Shown here: positions 41,984 through 54,270 of the stretch, piece after piece
How positions within the stretch are numbered: position 1 is the first letter of the stretch
Layout: each line of letters begins with the position of its first letter
Notes under the pieces: generated by a model
The model's database searches: none
What the model saw: only the letters and a program-made list of their open reading frames with translations
Told to the model about the DNA's origin: nothing
Translations under genes and position numbers: made by a program
Origin: Camelus ferus
Lineage: Eukaryota
Assembly: GCF_009834535.1 (NCBI RefSeq)
Contig: NC_045696.1
Coordinates: 12,278,001 to 12,342,000, forward strand
Reading direction: 5' to 3'
DNA: 64,000 nucleotides

Positions 41984-44289
41984 CTGAAAACAACAACAAC
42001 AACAGCAAACTTCACATTTACTAGAAAATGGGAAAAGCAAGCAAATCAGCAGCCCAGTTTGCCTCTCTCATGAGTTTTCTAGTCTCATGTGTGTAACTAT
42101 TTTCTCAGCATGTTCATTTCTACTAATCTCAAGTCCAGTGCTTTCAATACTTGAAACAGTACCTCACCTCACAATGGAAAGTCCCAACTTGAAGTTTATT
42201 CTCTGAGTATTTCCCATTAAGGCAAGGGTTTTCTCCCCTGATAGGCTGCAAGCTTCATGAATGTTGGGCTCATTCCCCTCCAGCACTCAATAAGAATTAA
42301 TCCACATATGCATACACATTTGACTCATTGTCTAACTAAATGACTGTATAAATAGTAAACACCAGAAGTGGAAACACATCTTGGGGGCAATTGATAGAGA
42401 ACCAAAACCAAATGTCTGCTCTGTTTAGAAGGCTTCTTCTTGGTCTTTGTCAAGATCCTTCTCCAGTGTCAAATTCTTCCATTAATCTCCCCCTCAGATT
42501 CCACTTAGCAGGTGGTAATTAGTAGATGGAGACCTATTATTATAGCTGTTTTGGATGGGTTTTTGCCGATTTTATTCTCCTTCAACAGTAGACTAGCTGA
42601 AGTCACAGGCATATCTTCCCATTGCTTTTAGAAGACCACCTTGTCTAGGGTAGGCATTTATGGCTCTTTGGTTGAATTGAGGCACCAAGAGCTGGGGCCC
42701 ACAGACTCCATCACAGATGTTAGGCATTTAAGAGAAGTGGTTGGATACACAGAGAGCTATGTAGCAATATAAAAGCCCCCTAAACTGACAGTTTGCCAAA
42801 CAAGATCTTATTCTTTGCAGAAAAAGAGCTGGCTTCTGGGATGTTCAAAGGGTCCATTTTTCTCTGCAGTAGACCTGCTCCATCGCCCATTCAGAAAAAG
42901 GGAAGAACCAGATGAAAAACTGGCTTCTGCCAAGAAACCTCAAATCCTGTTACATGACTAAACTGTTGAGCAGATATCCAAATTCAAAAGCCCAGGGTCA
43001 CATGCCCTAGGGTTTCCTATGAGAACATGTCTGCTTAATAACAATGTAACAGATGATAAGAGTGTCAATCACAGAGAGAGCTGGTTCAGCCCATGTTAAA
43101 GGTTGATGATAATTACCAGACTAAACAAATCATTAGAAATATGTTCCCATCTCCAATCTGGATTTTAAAATACTTAAGAGTAACTTGGAAACTGAGCTCA
43201 TTTTAATAAGCACCAGGATAACTAGCACCAAATGATTTAACTACAATTGTCCTTTGAAGAGCTTTTTGAATTTTTTTATTGCTCATCAGAGCACATAAAA
43301 TTTGAGAAAAATGCAGATTTGACTCTTCCTGAAATATCCCTTAATTATTTGGAGGAGATAAATTGTATGAAGCCTATGTGTCAATAAATATTAGATACTT
43401 AGTCAGCAAATACATAGACACAATTCAATCATCATAGGTGAAAAATGATTGTACATATTTTAAAGTATTTTTTCATTTAAGAACCAAAGAAAAACATATT
43501 TACTGGGGAAAAAATTGACCTATTCTTCTTTTTATTTCTCAATATCTAAAAATGCACTCATAAAATATGAAGCAAATGTCCTAAATCTGGGTAGCAGTAA
43601 TTTGTAGTTAGGTCACTCCATCAAGGAATTATGTACTCCCAACTCACTTTAAAAATGGTGGGGATGAAAATTAAGTATAAAATATAAAAGGTTTCTAAAA
43701 CTGGGTGGTGTTTTTAATCACCAAAGAAACATAAAAAAACTATTTTTTTCATGAAGAATATTTCACTTTGAGACTTCAATTTTTGCCCTTTCCATAACCT
43801 GTACAATGTGTTTTTCCTAATGTCATTTTTCCTGGCTGAGAAACACATTGACAAGAATAGAGTTTTTAAAAAAAAAAAAAAGTAGAGGTGCGGAGAGCAT
43901 GAGTGTTATGTCACCAGTGACTTCAAATGGAAGAAAAATACCAATTCCACATTTTATCCCAAAGGGAGAATGGAAATTAAAAAATCATGTTCACTAACTC
44001 TCCCTTTGTGCCCACAATCAACCAAGGATTTCTGTATTTGATTAACCTAGCATTTATCCAACTAAGAAATTGTTCCTTCATAGAAAATAATGACAATTCC
44101 AATACAAAATGAAGCAGTGTGAATTCTTTATCTTTTGTTATGCTGGATCTCATGAAAACTTGCCATGTTGAAGAATTGTACTGCTGATTCTTTTCCATAA
44201 GGACTATTTGGGGTATTTGAATAAAGTAACCCTCCTTTATGCTGACTAATATGAATAGATTTTTCCAATTTTCCAGTATTTTTATTTAT

Positions 44290-46031
44290 GTATATTCTAG
44301 ATTTATTGAGATCTGATTGACAAAGAAAATTGTATTTATTTATGGTGTATGATGTGATGTTTTGATATGTGTATACATTATAGAATAATTACCAAAACCA
44401 AGCTAATTAATGTATCTATCACCTCACATAGTGATCATTTTTTGTGTGTGGTGAAAACACTCTTAGCAAATTTCAAGTATACAATATATTGCATGGTATT
44501 GGTACCAAAACAAACATATAGACCAATGGAACAGAATAGAGAGCCCAGAAATGAACCCACAAGCTTTAGGTCAACTAATCTTCGACAAAGGAGGCAAGAA
44601 TATACAATGGAATAAAGACAGTCTCTTCAGCAAATGGTGTTGGGAAAACTGGACAGCAGCATGTAAAACAATGAAGCTAGAACACTCCCTTACACCATAT
44701 ACAAAAATCAACTCAAAATGGATCAAAGACTTAAACATAAGACAAGATACAATAAACCTCCTAGAAGAAAACATAGGCAAAACATTATCTGGCATACATT
44801 TCAAAAATTTTCTCCTAGTAGAAATAAAATCAAGAATAAACAAATGGGACCTAATGAAACTTACAAGCTTCTGCACAGCAAAGGAAACCAGAAGTAAAAC
44901 AAGAAGACAACCTATGGAATGGGAGAAAATTTTTGCAAATGAAACCAACAAAGGCTTGATCTCCAGAATATATAAGCAGCTCATATGACTCAATAAGAAA
45001 AAAATAAACAACCCAATCCAAAAATGGGCAGAAGACCTAAACAAGCAATTCTCCAAGGAAGACATACAAATGATCAAAAAGCACATGAAAAAATGGTCAA
45101 TATCACTAATTATCAGAGAAATGCAAATCAAAACTACAATGAGGTATCACCTCACACCAGTCAGAATGGCCGTCATTCAAAATCCACAAATGACAAATGC
45201 TGGAGAGGCTGTGGAGAAAGGGGAACCCTCCTATACTGCTGGTGGGAATGCAGTTTGGTGCAGCCACTATGGAAAACAGTGTGGAGATTCCTCAAAAGAC
45301 TAGGAATAGACTTACCGTATGACCCAGGAATCCCACTCCTGGGCTTGTATCCAGAAGGAACCCTACTTCAGGATGACACCTGCACCCCAATGTTCATAGC
45401 AGCACTATTTACAATAGCCAAACATGGAAACAGCTTAAATGTCCATCAACAGGTGACTGGATAAAGAAGATGTGGTATATTTATACAATGGAATACTACT
45501 CAGCCATAAAAATTGACAACATAATGCCATTTGCAGCAACATGGATGCTCCTGGAGAATGTCATTCTAAGTGAAGTAAGCCAGAAAGAGGAAGAAAAATA
45601 CAATATGAGATCGCTCTTATGTGGAATCTAAAAAACAAAAACAAAAACAAACAAACAAACAAAAACAAAGCGTAAATACAGGACAGAAATAGACTCATAG
45701 ACAGAGAATACAGACTTGTGGTTGCCAGGGTGGTGGAGAGTGGGAAGGGATAGACTGGGATTTCAAAACTGTAGAATAGATAAACAAGATTACACTGTAT
45801 AGCACAGGGAAATATACACAAAATGTTATGATAACTCATAGAGAAAAAATGTGACAATGAGTGTGTATATGTCCATGAATGACTGAAAAATTGTGCTGAA
45901 CACTGGAATTTGACACAACATTGTTAAATGATTATAAATCAATAAAAAATGTTAAAAAAAGTATACAATATATTATTATTAATTATAGTCACTAGTCTGT
46001 ATATTAGATCTCTAGAACTCATTCCTTTATA
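44290..46031 (-). mobile_element. Older L1 3' end (L1MA-type) split by a younger L1 insertion
   Basis: The left arm aagctaattaatgtatctatcacctcacatag...aaatttcaagtatacaata continues after the insert as tattattaattatagtcact...attagatctctagaactcatt. Confidence 0.8.
44491..45958 (+). mobile_element. Young 5'-truncated LINE-1 (ORF2 C-terminal part, 3' UTR, poly(A)), probably a camelid subfamily
   Basis: Long ORF2p stretches ([59 protein letters not shown]). Perfect 16-bp TSD aagtatacaatatatt at 44475-44490 and 45959-45974. Confidence 0.97.
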
Positions 46032-47769
46032 TTTCCAATGCCAGTCTAATGGAGCCAGCATTTCTAAACTCCTTTAATATATTTCAAGGAGGTATTATGC
46101 CTGTTTTGTATACTTTAATTTTCACTTTAATTGTTTTCTGCTAAAATATTTCTATTTTACACTCAAAGTTAATTTTGAGTGATATTGGTTGTAAAAATCC
46201 ATGTGTGAATGTCCCACTTTGTGCCTTTTGCAGTCATCAAATATTCACTGAAATATGCAGGGATAGCATTTGTGCAATTTCTTAGATATACCATCATAAG
46301 CGAAGATAACCGCACAAGAAATGAAAATGAAGCATGAATTGATATGTAAAGAAATTGTCAAACTACTTGACACAAACAACTACTCAATAAATCTCAGATG
46401 TTGTTATAATTTCTCAATGTATCCACTTTAAACATCTCTGATCTCCAGGTTGTCATAATCTGGTTTATCTACATATTTATTTCTAGTTGCCAAATAAAAT
46501 TCCAAAACTCAGCATGTCAGTCCCACAATGCTTATCATCTGCTTGTGTTTTTCTTCTTAAGTGTGTATTGACAATCAATATCAATCTATTATCATTGTTA
46601 GAATGAATAACATTATATGAAACACTTTTGTCAGCTACAAGAAGAAAGTTACACAAGATTTTACCAGTTTCTGGTGGCATCATTGCTTTTCACAGAAGAT
46701 ACAGGCCTTGATTTAAATAAATCTCTCTTAATTGGCTTCAATGACTTTTTGTTTGATGATATTTATTTACAAGAATAGTGTTAAAGCAGCACCCACTGTA
46801 AATGGTATACAATACACAATAAATGATCCAGAAAATATTTTCTCTCCTTAATAATCACTTGTTACTCCCACCAACATTGACCATAAAATAAATTCCCTCA
46901 TATGCTCAGGGGCTGAAAGAATTCAGGATAAGCATGATGGAAATTTCATCCCAAACCTACAGAAACTGTGAATTCAGCCTCTTCAGTTTCCTTTTGCTTT
47001 AGCTCACATGGGAACCTGTGTTTGTAATGGAGTTTTCTGTTAACCAGCTGCAGATAGAGCCCTCCTTGCCTGTGCTTTCCCAAAGCCACATAACTCTTTT
47101 TCCTAATATTTATCCAAGTGAAGTTTTGTGATTTGATGTGATTTTTAATTGATTTCAGTCTTCCCCAACTAGATTTCAAGTACCATGAAGGTAGAGGCAA
47201 TGTTTTCTTGTCGTTATTGTTCTTGTTGGTTGGTTTTGCTTTTGATGTGCTTGCTAGTTTTGCTCACATTATACTTCCATTATATCTAACAATGCTCTAG
47301 GACATGACAGGTGAATGAATAAGTTTTCATGTTCTTTTAGAGTTCCTGAGTTGACACTCTAGCATAATATTTATTTGACCTGCTTCTTTCCTTTCCCTGA
47401 TCCTATTCCTTATAGCAGAAATGGTTTTGTTGGGGTTAGTGTATTTCTACAAACCAGATTCATCAGCACACAAACTCCACAACAGCAACCACCTCTAGAA
47501 CTATGACCACCACAGTCCTTGTTATTTTGATAAAGAAATTTTGTACCTTCTAATTTTTCCCCTGCAACACGGTTTGAGTTCCTCCTATGTGTTAGACTTT
47601 CCTCCCTGCACCAACCTTGCCCTGTGGAAGAAATGATGTGGGAGAAATCACTCTTTGACCTTCCACACAACAAAATTTTCTGGATTGTTTTCTCTTTCCC
47701 CTTCCCAGCAAGCAAGTTTCTACCATCTCTAAAATTTTGTGAATGACTGCCAATTTTCCCTCTTACCTG

Positions 47770-49420
47770 ACTGTGTTTCTGGCTAAAGCTGAGGAAACAA
47801 AGATGATGGCTTATGGACCCTCAGGCAGCTTAAAGTAGAATAGAGAGCACATGTGTGAACAAAAATTACAATGTGATGAGATCATTGCTATTATGGAGTA
47901 TTGTGAGACCCTAGGAGGAGATCTGCCCAAGATCTTCCACAAAAATTCAGGGGGAAATGCACCAAAAAAACAAAAATTCTTTTAAAAATGGTGACTTGAG
48001 TGATGTGCGTGTTTGCTGGGCAGAGGGCAAGGGACATTCTGGACAGAGAAAGCTGCATATAAACAGTAGAGAGGAAAGAGTATCTACACAGCCAACATGA
48101 GTAATTCAGTCACGTGTATGTGTGTGCTCACATGTGTGAAGGAGTTTTAGTGGAAGTGTTAGGGGAATAAATATTGAAAGATTAGCAGAGTTCAGCTGAA
48201 TAAGTTTTACTCTACCCCATTAGTAATCAAAGGCTATTTTATATCTAGTGATCAGAAAGATTTCTGACATAAAGTGGAGAACTGATCAGTGAAGAATGAA
48301 ACTAAAAGTAGAGAGAACAATAGTTGAGGCAAGAGATGATGCAAGTTGAAGAGTTGATGCTACAACAGAGTCAGTGGGGAAGAAAGTATTTAGGAGGCAC
48401 ATTTACAGGATGTGATGATGAGTTGAATGGATGCTGGGTATAAGGCAGAGGGGGTGAGTTGGGTCACAGGGAAGATGGTAGAAGAGCAAGTTTGAGGTGA
48501 GAAAATGAGTTTAGTAATGGGACAACAGGTGGAGATATCCAAGTAGAAACAAAATATTTTTCTTTGGAACTCAACTGGATGATCTGGCTGGAGAATGGAA
48601 TTTGAGAGTCATCAGCAACTGAATGCCGACAGAGGTATAAAAGGAGATAATATTATTCTTGTGGAATAATGTGAAAAGGTGACTAAGAACAAAGTTCTGG
48701 TGAGTCCCAACGTGTAAGGTATGGGCAAAGGAAGAAGAGCTATAAAGAACACCAAGAAATGGACAGAGAAATAGGAAAGAATCCATGTAAAAATAAAAGT
48801 TGGAGGAGGAAGTGGTAAACAAGACTAATGTCATAAAGAGGGCCAGGTAAGAAGAGAAACAAAAATTTCCCATTGACTATAACACCTAGGAGGACACTGA
48901 TGAGAGTTGCCAGAAAAATGTCAACAGAGTGGTGGGTGTGAGGCTAAAGTACAATGGTGAGTAATGTTAATAGAAGAGAAGGAATAGAGACATCTGGATA
49001 GTAGCTAGATGGGGAAATTGAGTCTAGGAATAGTTTCATCTAGGAGGTGGAAAAAAGAAAACTTTATCAAAACTGAAGATAACATCAATGGAGAATAAGA
49101 AGCAGGTGATACAGAAAAGAAAGGATGCTTTTGGGCCAAATTCTCCAAGACAGTGCAGAGAAATATGAGGTAGAACACAAAAGGGTGGTATTAACCAGAA
49201 TAGTGATGCTACATCTTTGCTAAGATAGTGTTCACAAAGCGGCCAGTGCGGATGAATGTGAAAAAGAGGAGCCAGAAAGCTAAAAACAATCAAGCCTTTA
49301 CTTTCTGGTGAAAGCAGAAAAAGGGATAGCAGGGAACTGGATTGGTGATGGCTTGGAATAACTCTTTGGGAAGTCGGGGAGGAAAACAACGAGGGCTGGG
49401 GAGAAGGGTTGTTTTGAGTT
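47770..49420 (-). mobile_element. LINE-2 body (fragmented)
   Basis: GA-rich L2 motifs: gttgaggcaagagatgatg; ggctggagaatggaatttgagagtcatcagca; ggaggacactgatgagagttgccag. Confidence 0.7.
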
Positions 49421-49899
49421 CACATCTCCTGACACCGGGTGACCCTGAAGCAGTGGGATGAGGCTGGCCTCAAGAGGTATGAATGGCAGGCTTCGGGGGC
49501 CAGAGGCTGGGAGGGACTGGCTCCTTCTATGAGGGAGGAGTGAGCAGGAAGTTTCTCACAGAGGATGCACCTGAGCAGGTAAGGCGTGAGCAGCATTATG
49601 GCAGAAGGAACAGCACTGAAATAGGAGGTTCGAAGGCATGTTTGAAAATGCCTTATTTCTTCCATCTTTACTTTTGCCACAGCTTTGGGATGTTCCTTAT
49701 CCAGGCTCAGATTTTTATTGATGTCACGCTAGAGAGCAAACCATGTAATTCTTGTTTCCAGGAAATATTTCTTCTGGGAAACTATGAAAGGCATCTGTGT
49801 GCTCTCTGAGCTGCCCTGGCCTGACCACAGGCTGGCTCTGTCCAAAAGCAAGAGGATTTTCAGATGTTTCTCTGAGGCAGGGAGATACATACTATGAAT

Positions 49900-50140
49900 C
49901 TCCAATCGTTTATTTATCTAATAAAGTACTCACACATACTGTCCTTATTATGGCCCTGACCCTTCTGAGTCTTTGTAAGTATTAATCAAATCCTCAGAAA
50001 ACCTTCATTATCCTCATTTTAAAGATGGGGGCACTGAAGCCTTGAAAAGTGAGGTTTGATTATAGTTTTAAAGCTGGAGAAAAGACTTGAACCTGAGCAC
50101 TCCAGCTCCAAAGTCGGGGTTCTTCCCCACTATGCCAAGC
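49900..50140 (-). mobile_element. MIR SINE
   Basis: attatcctcattttaaagatgggggcactgaagc ... acttgaacctgagcactccagctccaaagtc. Confidence 0.75.
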
Positions 50141-50746
50141 TATCTTATAATGAGAAAAATACTTAAGAAATTATAGAATTGTGTGTGTGGGGGGATTTTC
50201 TAGATAATCCAATTCCTTCTTGTCATATTAGAAATAGGTAGAGTTGCAACTAACAATTTCAATTTTATTGTCTTCCTTGCAGACTATATATTGGGGTTAT
50301 TTTTCTATGCTGTAGTTCTCAAATAAACGTTTTTCAAGAATTATTTTAAAAAGACTATATACTAGGGGGAAGGGCATCATGAAAGTGGCTGTTTCTTATG
50401 TTAGAGAATGTTTTCTCCTTTCCCTTGAATTATCATCTTCATCTTTGATTTCACAGTGAGTCGTAGGAGACTTGTGGGCTCCCTGGATGTCAGCCCTATT
50501 TCACTCCCTCTGTTTCCAGAGCAGGTGTCTATACAATTGGTTAGAGTGACCTCTGTTTTGGGAGACTTTTTGAATTAATGGAAGATGGTCTGTTATTAAC
50601 CAGTATTCCACTTGGCAAAGCTATGCACATATCAAGGCTGCTTGTATATACATGTCTCTAATAAATTTGATTTTCCTTACTTTTAGCCAGTTACACATCT
50701 GTGTATGTATTATTAACTGTTATGGATCTTATTTTTCCATTGTCAT

Positions 50747-50748
<2 letters not shown>

Positions 50749-50782
<34 letters not shown>
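50749..50782. repeat. (GT)n microsatellite
   Basis: About 17 GT units. Confidence 0.97.
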
Positions 50783-50784
<2 letters not shown>

Positions 50785-51589
50785 TTGTGCCTGGAAATGA
50801 TTATCCTCTGTTTAAAATTCAAACATATTGTTTCTTTAGCTAATAGCCTACTCTGTCTGCAACAGAGATGTTTATTTGGTTTCTTCAAAAAAACGTTGTG
50901 GGATTGGGGGATTTTGACATTTTGACCATTGAGCCAAATTCTAATCTCACTTTTTTTTAAATTGGAAATCCCTTTGATCAAAAGATAAAGTATTCATGTT
51001 AACCTATAGCCTTTGGATCTGAGGTCTAAACAGAAGGATAATGTGTGAATTTGCTAATTATTTCCTGCTTCTGAGTTAGGTAGACTTTTCCCTTTCAGCT
51101 GTAAAGAGACACACAGCTCACGGAATGCTGTCTCCTAGTAACCAATGAATAAGAAATGAGTTTTTAACACAAATCAAATTTTAGAATAGTGCCAAGAGGA
51201 GAATGAGAAAGGCAGTTTGATAATGGAGCAATTAAAGTTTCATTAAGAAGACTTGGCATATAATTAGATAGTATTTTCTGCTATGATACTGGAAAAATAA
51301 AAAGGAAAAATTTAAAACTTTTCAGTGAAAACTGAATAGCAAAAAATAAGACCCTAGACACAAAAACTGTCTTAGTTTCCTCTTTTTAGGAGAAAGGTCA
51401 ACGTGCCTGAAAAATATTGCACAAAAGTAACTCTAAGGACAGGTTCTAAGTCCTAACTTTCATACCATATGTTTCTTATGCTCTCGATAGCATTTTTCAA
51501 GATAGATCCATAACCTAGACTGTGGGTGAGACCCTCATTAGTAATGAGTAACAGCTTACATAAGTGCAGTAATTTACTTTAGGTGAAAA

Positions 51590-51790
51590 TCATTGGTCAT
51601 TCAATTAAAAAAATAGTTATTGAGCATCTACTATGTGCCTGGCACTGTGTTAAATAATAGAGCAACATGAACTTTACTCCCACTGAGTTTCCACACTATG
51701 AAGGAACACAGACAATGACTTGTAATGTCAAATGTGATTGTGTGTGTGATGAAAGGATACAAGCAAATTACCATGAGGACCAATTCTAAA
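51590..51790 (-). mobile_element. LINE-2 3' end
   Basis: ttattgagcatctactatgtgcctggcactgtgttaa. Confidence 0.75.
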
Positions 51791-51929
51791 GGAGACATAG
51801 TGCGAGGGCTCATAGATGCTGTGTGTTTGTAAAAGGTGCTCTCAAAAAAAAAGTTTATGTGCTAAAAAGCTCTATGCAATCTAATTTTAGCGACAGATTT
51901 CAGTATTCATTACATTCTATATGTACTTC

Positions 51930-52100
51930 TATTCCACCAAACGTATTACATATTAGAAACACTTGGAGAACTTTAAAAGCACAGTCACACCTGGGGCCAA
52001 TCCCACAGATATTCTGATTTAAGTGGAGTCCAGGCAGGAATATTTTTAAAAAGCTTCCCAAGTGATTCTATTCAGAGCTACAATTGGCAACCACCACTCC
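51930..52100. mobile_element. MER5-family hAT transposon
   Basis: cctggggccaatcccacagatattctgatttaa ... tttttaaaaagcttcccaagtgattct. Confidence 0.7.
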
Positions 52101-53429
52101 AGCCCTTGAGGATACAGAGACCTGTTGTGCCTGTATTAATGCCCACTGTAACTGTAAGCTGCACTGATTCACTATAGAACAATTATGTTTTGTAAATTAA
52201 AGTGAATTGACTTAAAATATCCTAGTATTGCATCCCCAATCCACTTCTTCATTAAACAAAATCTTACTGTTGTCTGCCCTTCCTTCACTTCTATGATGGC
52301 AACATAAACATGATGGAGGCACTCATACCAATCTGGTGAATTGTCTGCCTGCTCTCAGTGGGGCAAGAAAGATGACAAGTTTATCATTAAATAACTCCAA
52401 GGAGTTTGGATTAAAAAACTATCAAATTCACCCATGGTCAATCTGTTTTCTCAGGTTTTTTTGCTCAAGCCATCTCTTCCCACCTACCAATACTGAACCA
52501 AATTTGCCCAACATCAGCAGAAAGTGCACTGACTCAGACTTGACAATACTTTTCACCCAGCTAATCCTATCAGCACGTCATGCCAACCATAAAGACAACA
52601 CATCCAGTCAGCTGAACTCTGTGAATGGCTGAACTGACTGAACTGTCCAAATATTTTGGCCAGGAAGAAACAGGCTTCCCCATAAACACAAATTCCCATG
52701 GAAACCAAACCAGAAGACAGAGAATATTCAGTTTATATTCTTATGAGAGACCTTCCCTGAGTTAGTCTGGGTTCTTGGTGTCTAAGCCAGAGCTTTTCTT
52801 TGTGGCTGGCTATTGCTTTGAGCCATCACTTTAATGGGACTCAGACAGTGCTGGCCTTGAACAGGATTCAAGAAGTTTTCCATGGAGAACTTGTGTCTAT
52901 AGAGCTGTCTGCTCACCCAGACTTCATAAACCCTTTGTCTGTCCAGACAGGAAAAACACACAACACTGCGCTGTTATTATTATTAAAGTCGTTGAATATT
53001 ATTCTAGCCCTTTTTTTTAAAGTACAGCTGCATTCTTCTTTCACCACAATATATCTGGAACTTGAAATTTTATACCTGCTTTTTCAGACTATTTTAAAGA
53101 CTATCAATGACTTATATCTTAAATAGCCAAATACAAATTAACCCTTATTTTTCTTAACAGTTCAGAGTGTTATGAAAAGAATATGTTTTACTGTGAAAAT
53201 TTACTCTCTAACTTACCTGATTGTAAATTGGGATTTGGGCACTCCAGGTCTTCATTATTTAATGGAGGTGGAAGTGGAGGTATAATTTCAAAATGATACT
53301 GTTGATCACAATCGAAGTGAAATAGAATTCTGTATTCTAAACATTCATATCTTCATTCGCTTACTTAATGCATTAGAAGGAATTCAGTGTAGGATAGAAA
53401 AACCATTGAAGTGTTTTAAATCTGTCCCA

Positions 53430-54270
53430 GGGAATCTGATGCTTACAAAATTGTCAGAAAGGCCCAAGAAATGGCTTCTAGGCTTGGCCTCCTGGAATGA
53501 CTTCAAGAAAAATCAAAACTAACCCACTAAAGCCGCCATTGGAGGTCTGCTGGAAGGGAGAAGCCCAAATAACAGTGTTTCGGTGGCCTCTCCACTTCCA
53601 AGAAGCTGGAGAATGGCTACTGGTAGTTGGGATTCTGAGATTGGAAGGTTTAATCAAGATGCCACCATCCCTGCCCTTGCTTCTGGGCACACTGGAAGCT
53701 GGAGAACGGACAGTGGAAAGCTGAGATAAAAAGACTACTAGGGAGAAAGGATGGGGAGGAATAAATTGGGAGTTTGGGATTTGTAGATTCTAGCTACTAT
53801 ATATATATATATAATAGATAAACAGCAAAGTCCTACTGTATAGCACAGGGAACTATATTCAATACCTTGTAATGGCCTATAATGAAAAAGAATATGAAAA
53901 GGAATATATATATATATATATTTATATGTGTGCATGTGTATATATATATACACATATATATACACATATATGACACACACACATATAAATGAATCAGTAT
54001 GCTGTATATCAGAAATCAATGCAACATTTTAAATCCACTATAGTTTAATTTTTTAAAAATCCTTTTTCTGTGAGTTTGCTGGCTAGCAGCAAGACCTACA
54101 GCTGCAGGAGAATGGCTTCTCCCTGACGTCTAGCCACCTTCCAGATCTCAAGGGAGTCAAGCAGATTCGTGAATCCACATTGCTTCTAAACCCCAGATGC
54201 AAGGAGGTCTGGGAAACACAGTTAACAGCTTTCCAACCTCTTCAATGAAAGGAAGGGTAGAAGTTGCCAG
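53430..54270 (-). mobile_element. Old MaLR LTR (MLT1J/K-like) interrupted by an L1 3' end
   Basis: ggcctcctggaatgac in the left arm; gatgcaaggaggtctgggaaacacagtt in the right arm. Confidence 0.45.
53738..54058 (+). mobile_element. LINE-1 3' UTR fragment with internal TA/CA microsatellite
   Basis: ataaattgggagtttgggatttgtagat ... ctactgtatagcacagggaactatattcaataccttgtaat. Confidence 0.9.

Noticed and set aside
42811..42961. Splice acceptor followed by an open frame (KKSWLLG...QILLHD*) as a possible terminal exon
   Set aside because: No recognisable homology and no supporting upstream exons; consistent with chance.
42998..43032. p53-like half sites (tcacatgccc ... gaacatgtct)
   Set aside because: Only one half site is canonical and the spacer is too long.
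44571..45131. 186-aa minus-strand ORF
   Set aside because: It is the antisense frame of L1 ORF2, a common artefact, not a host gene.
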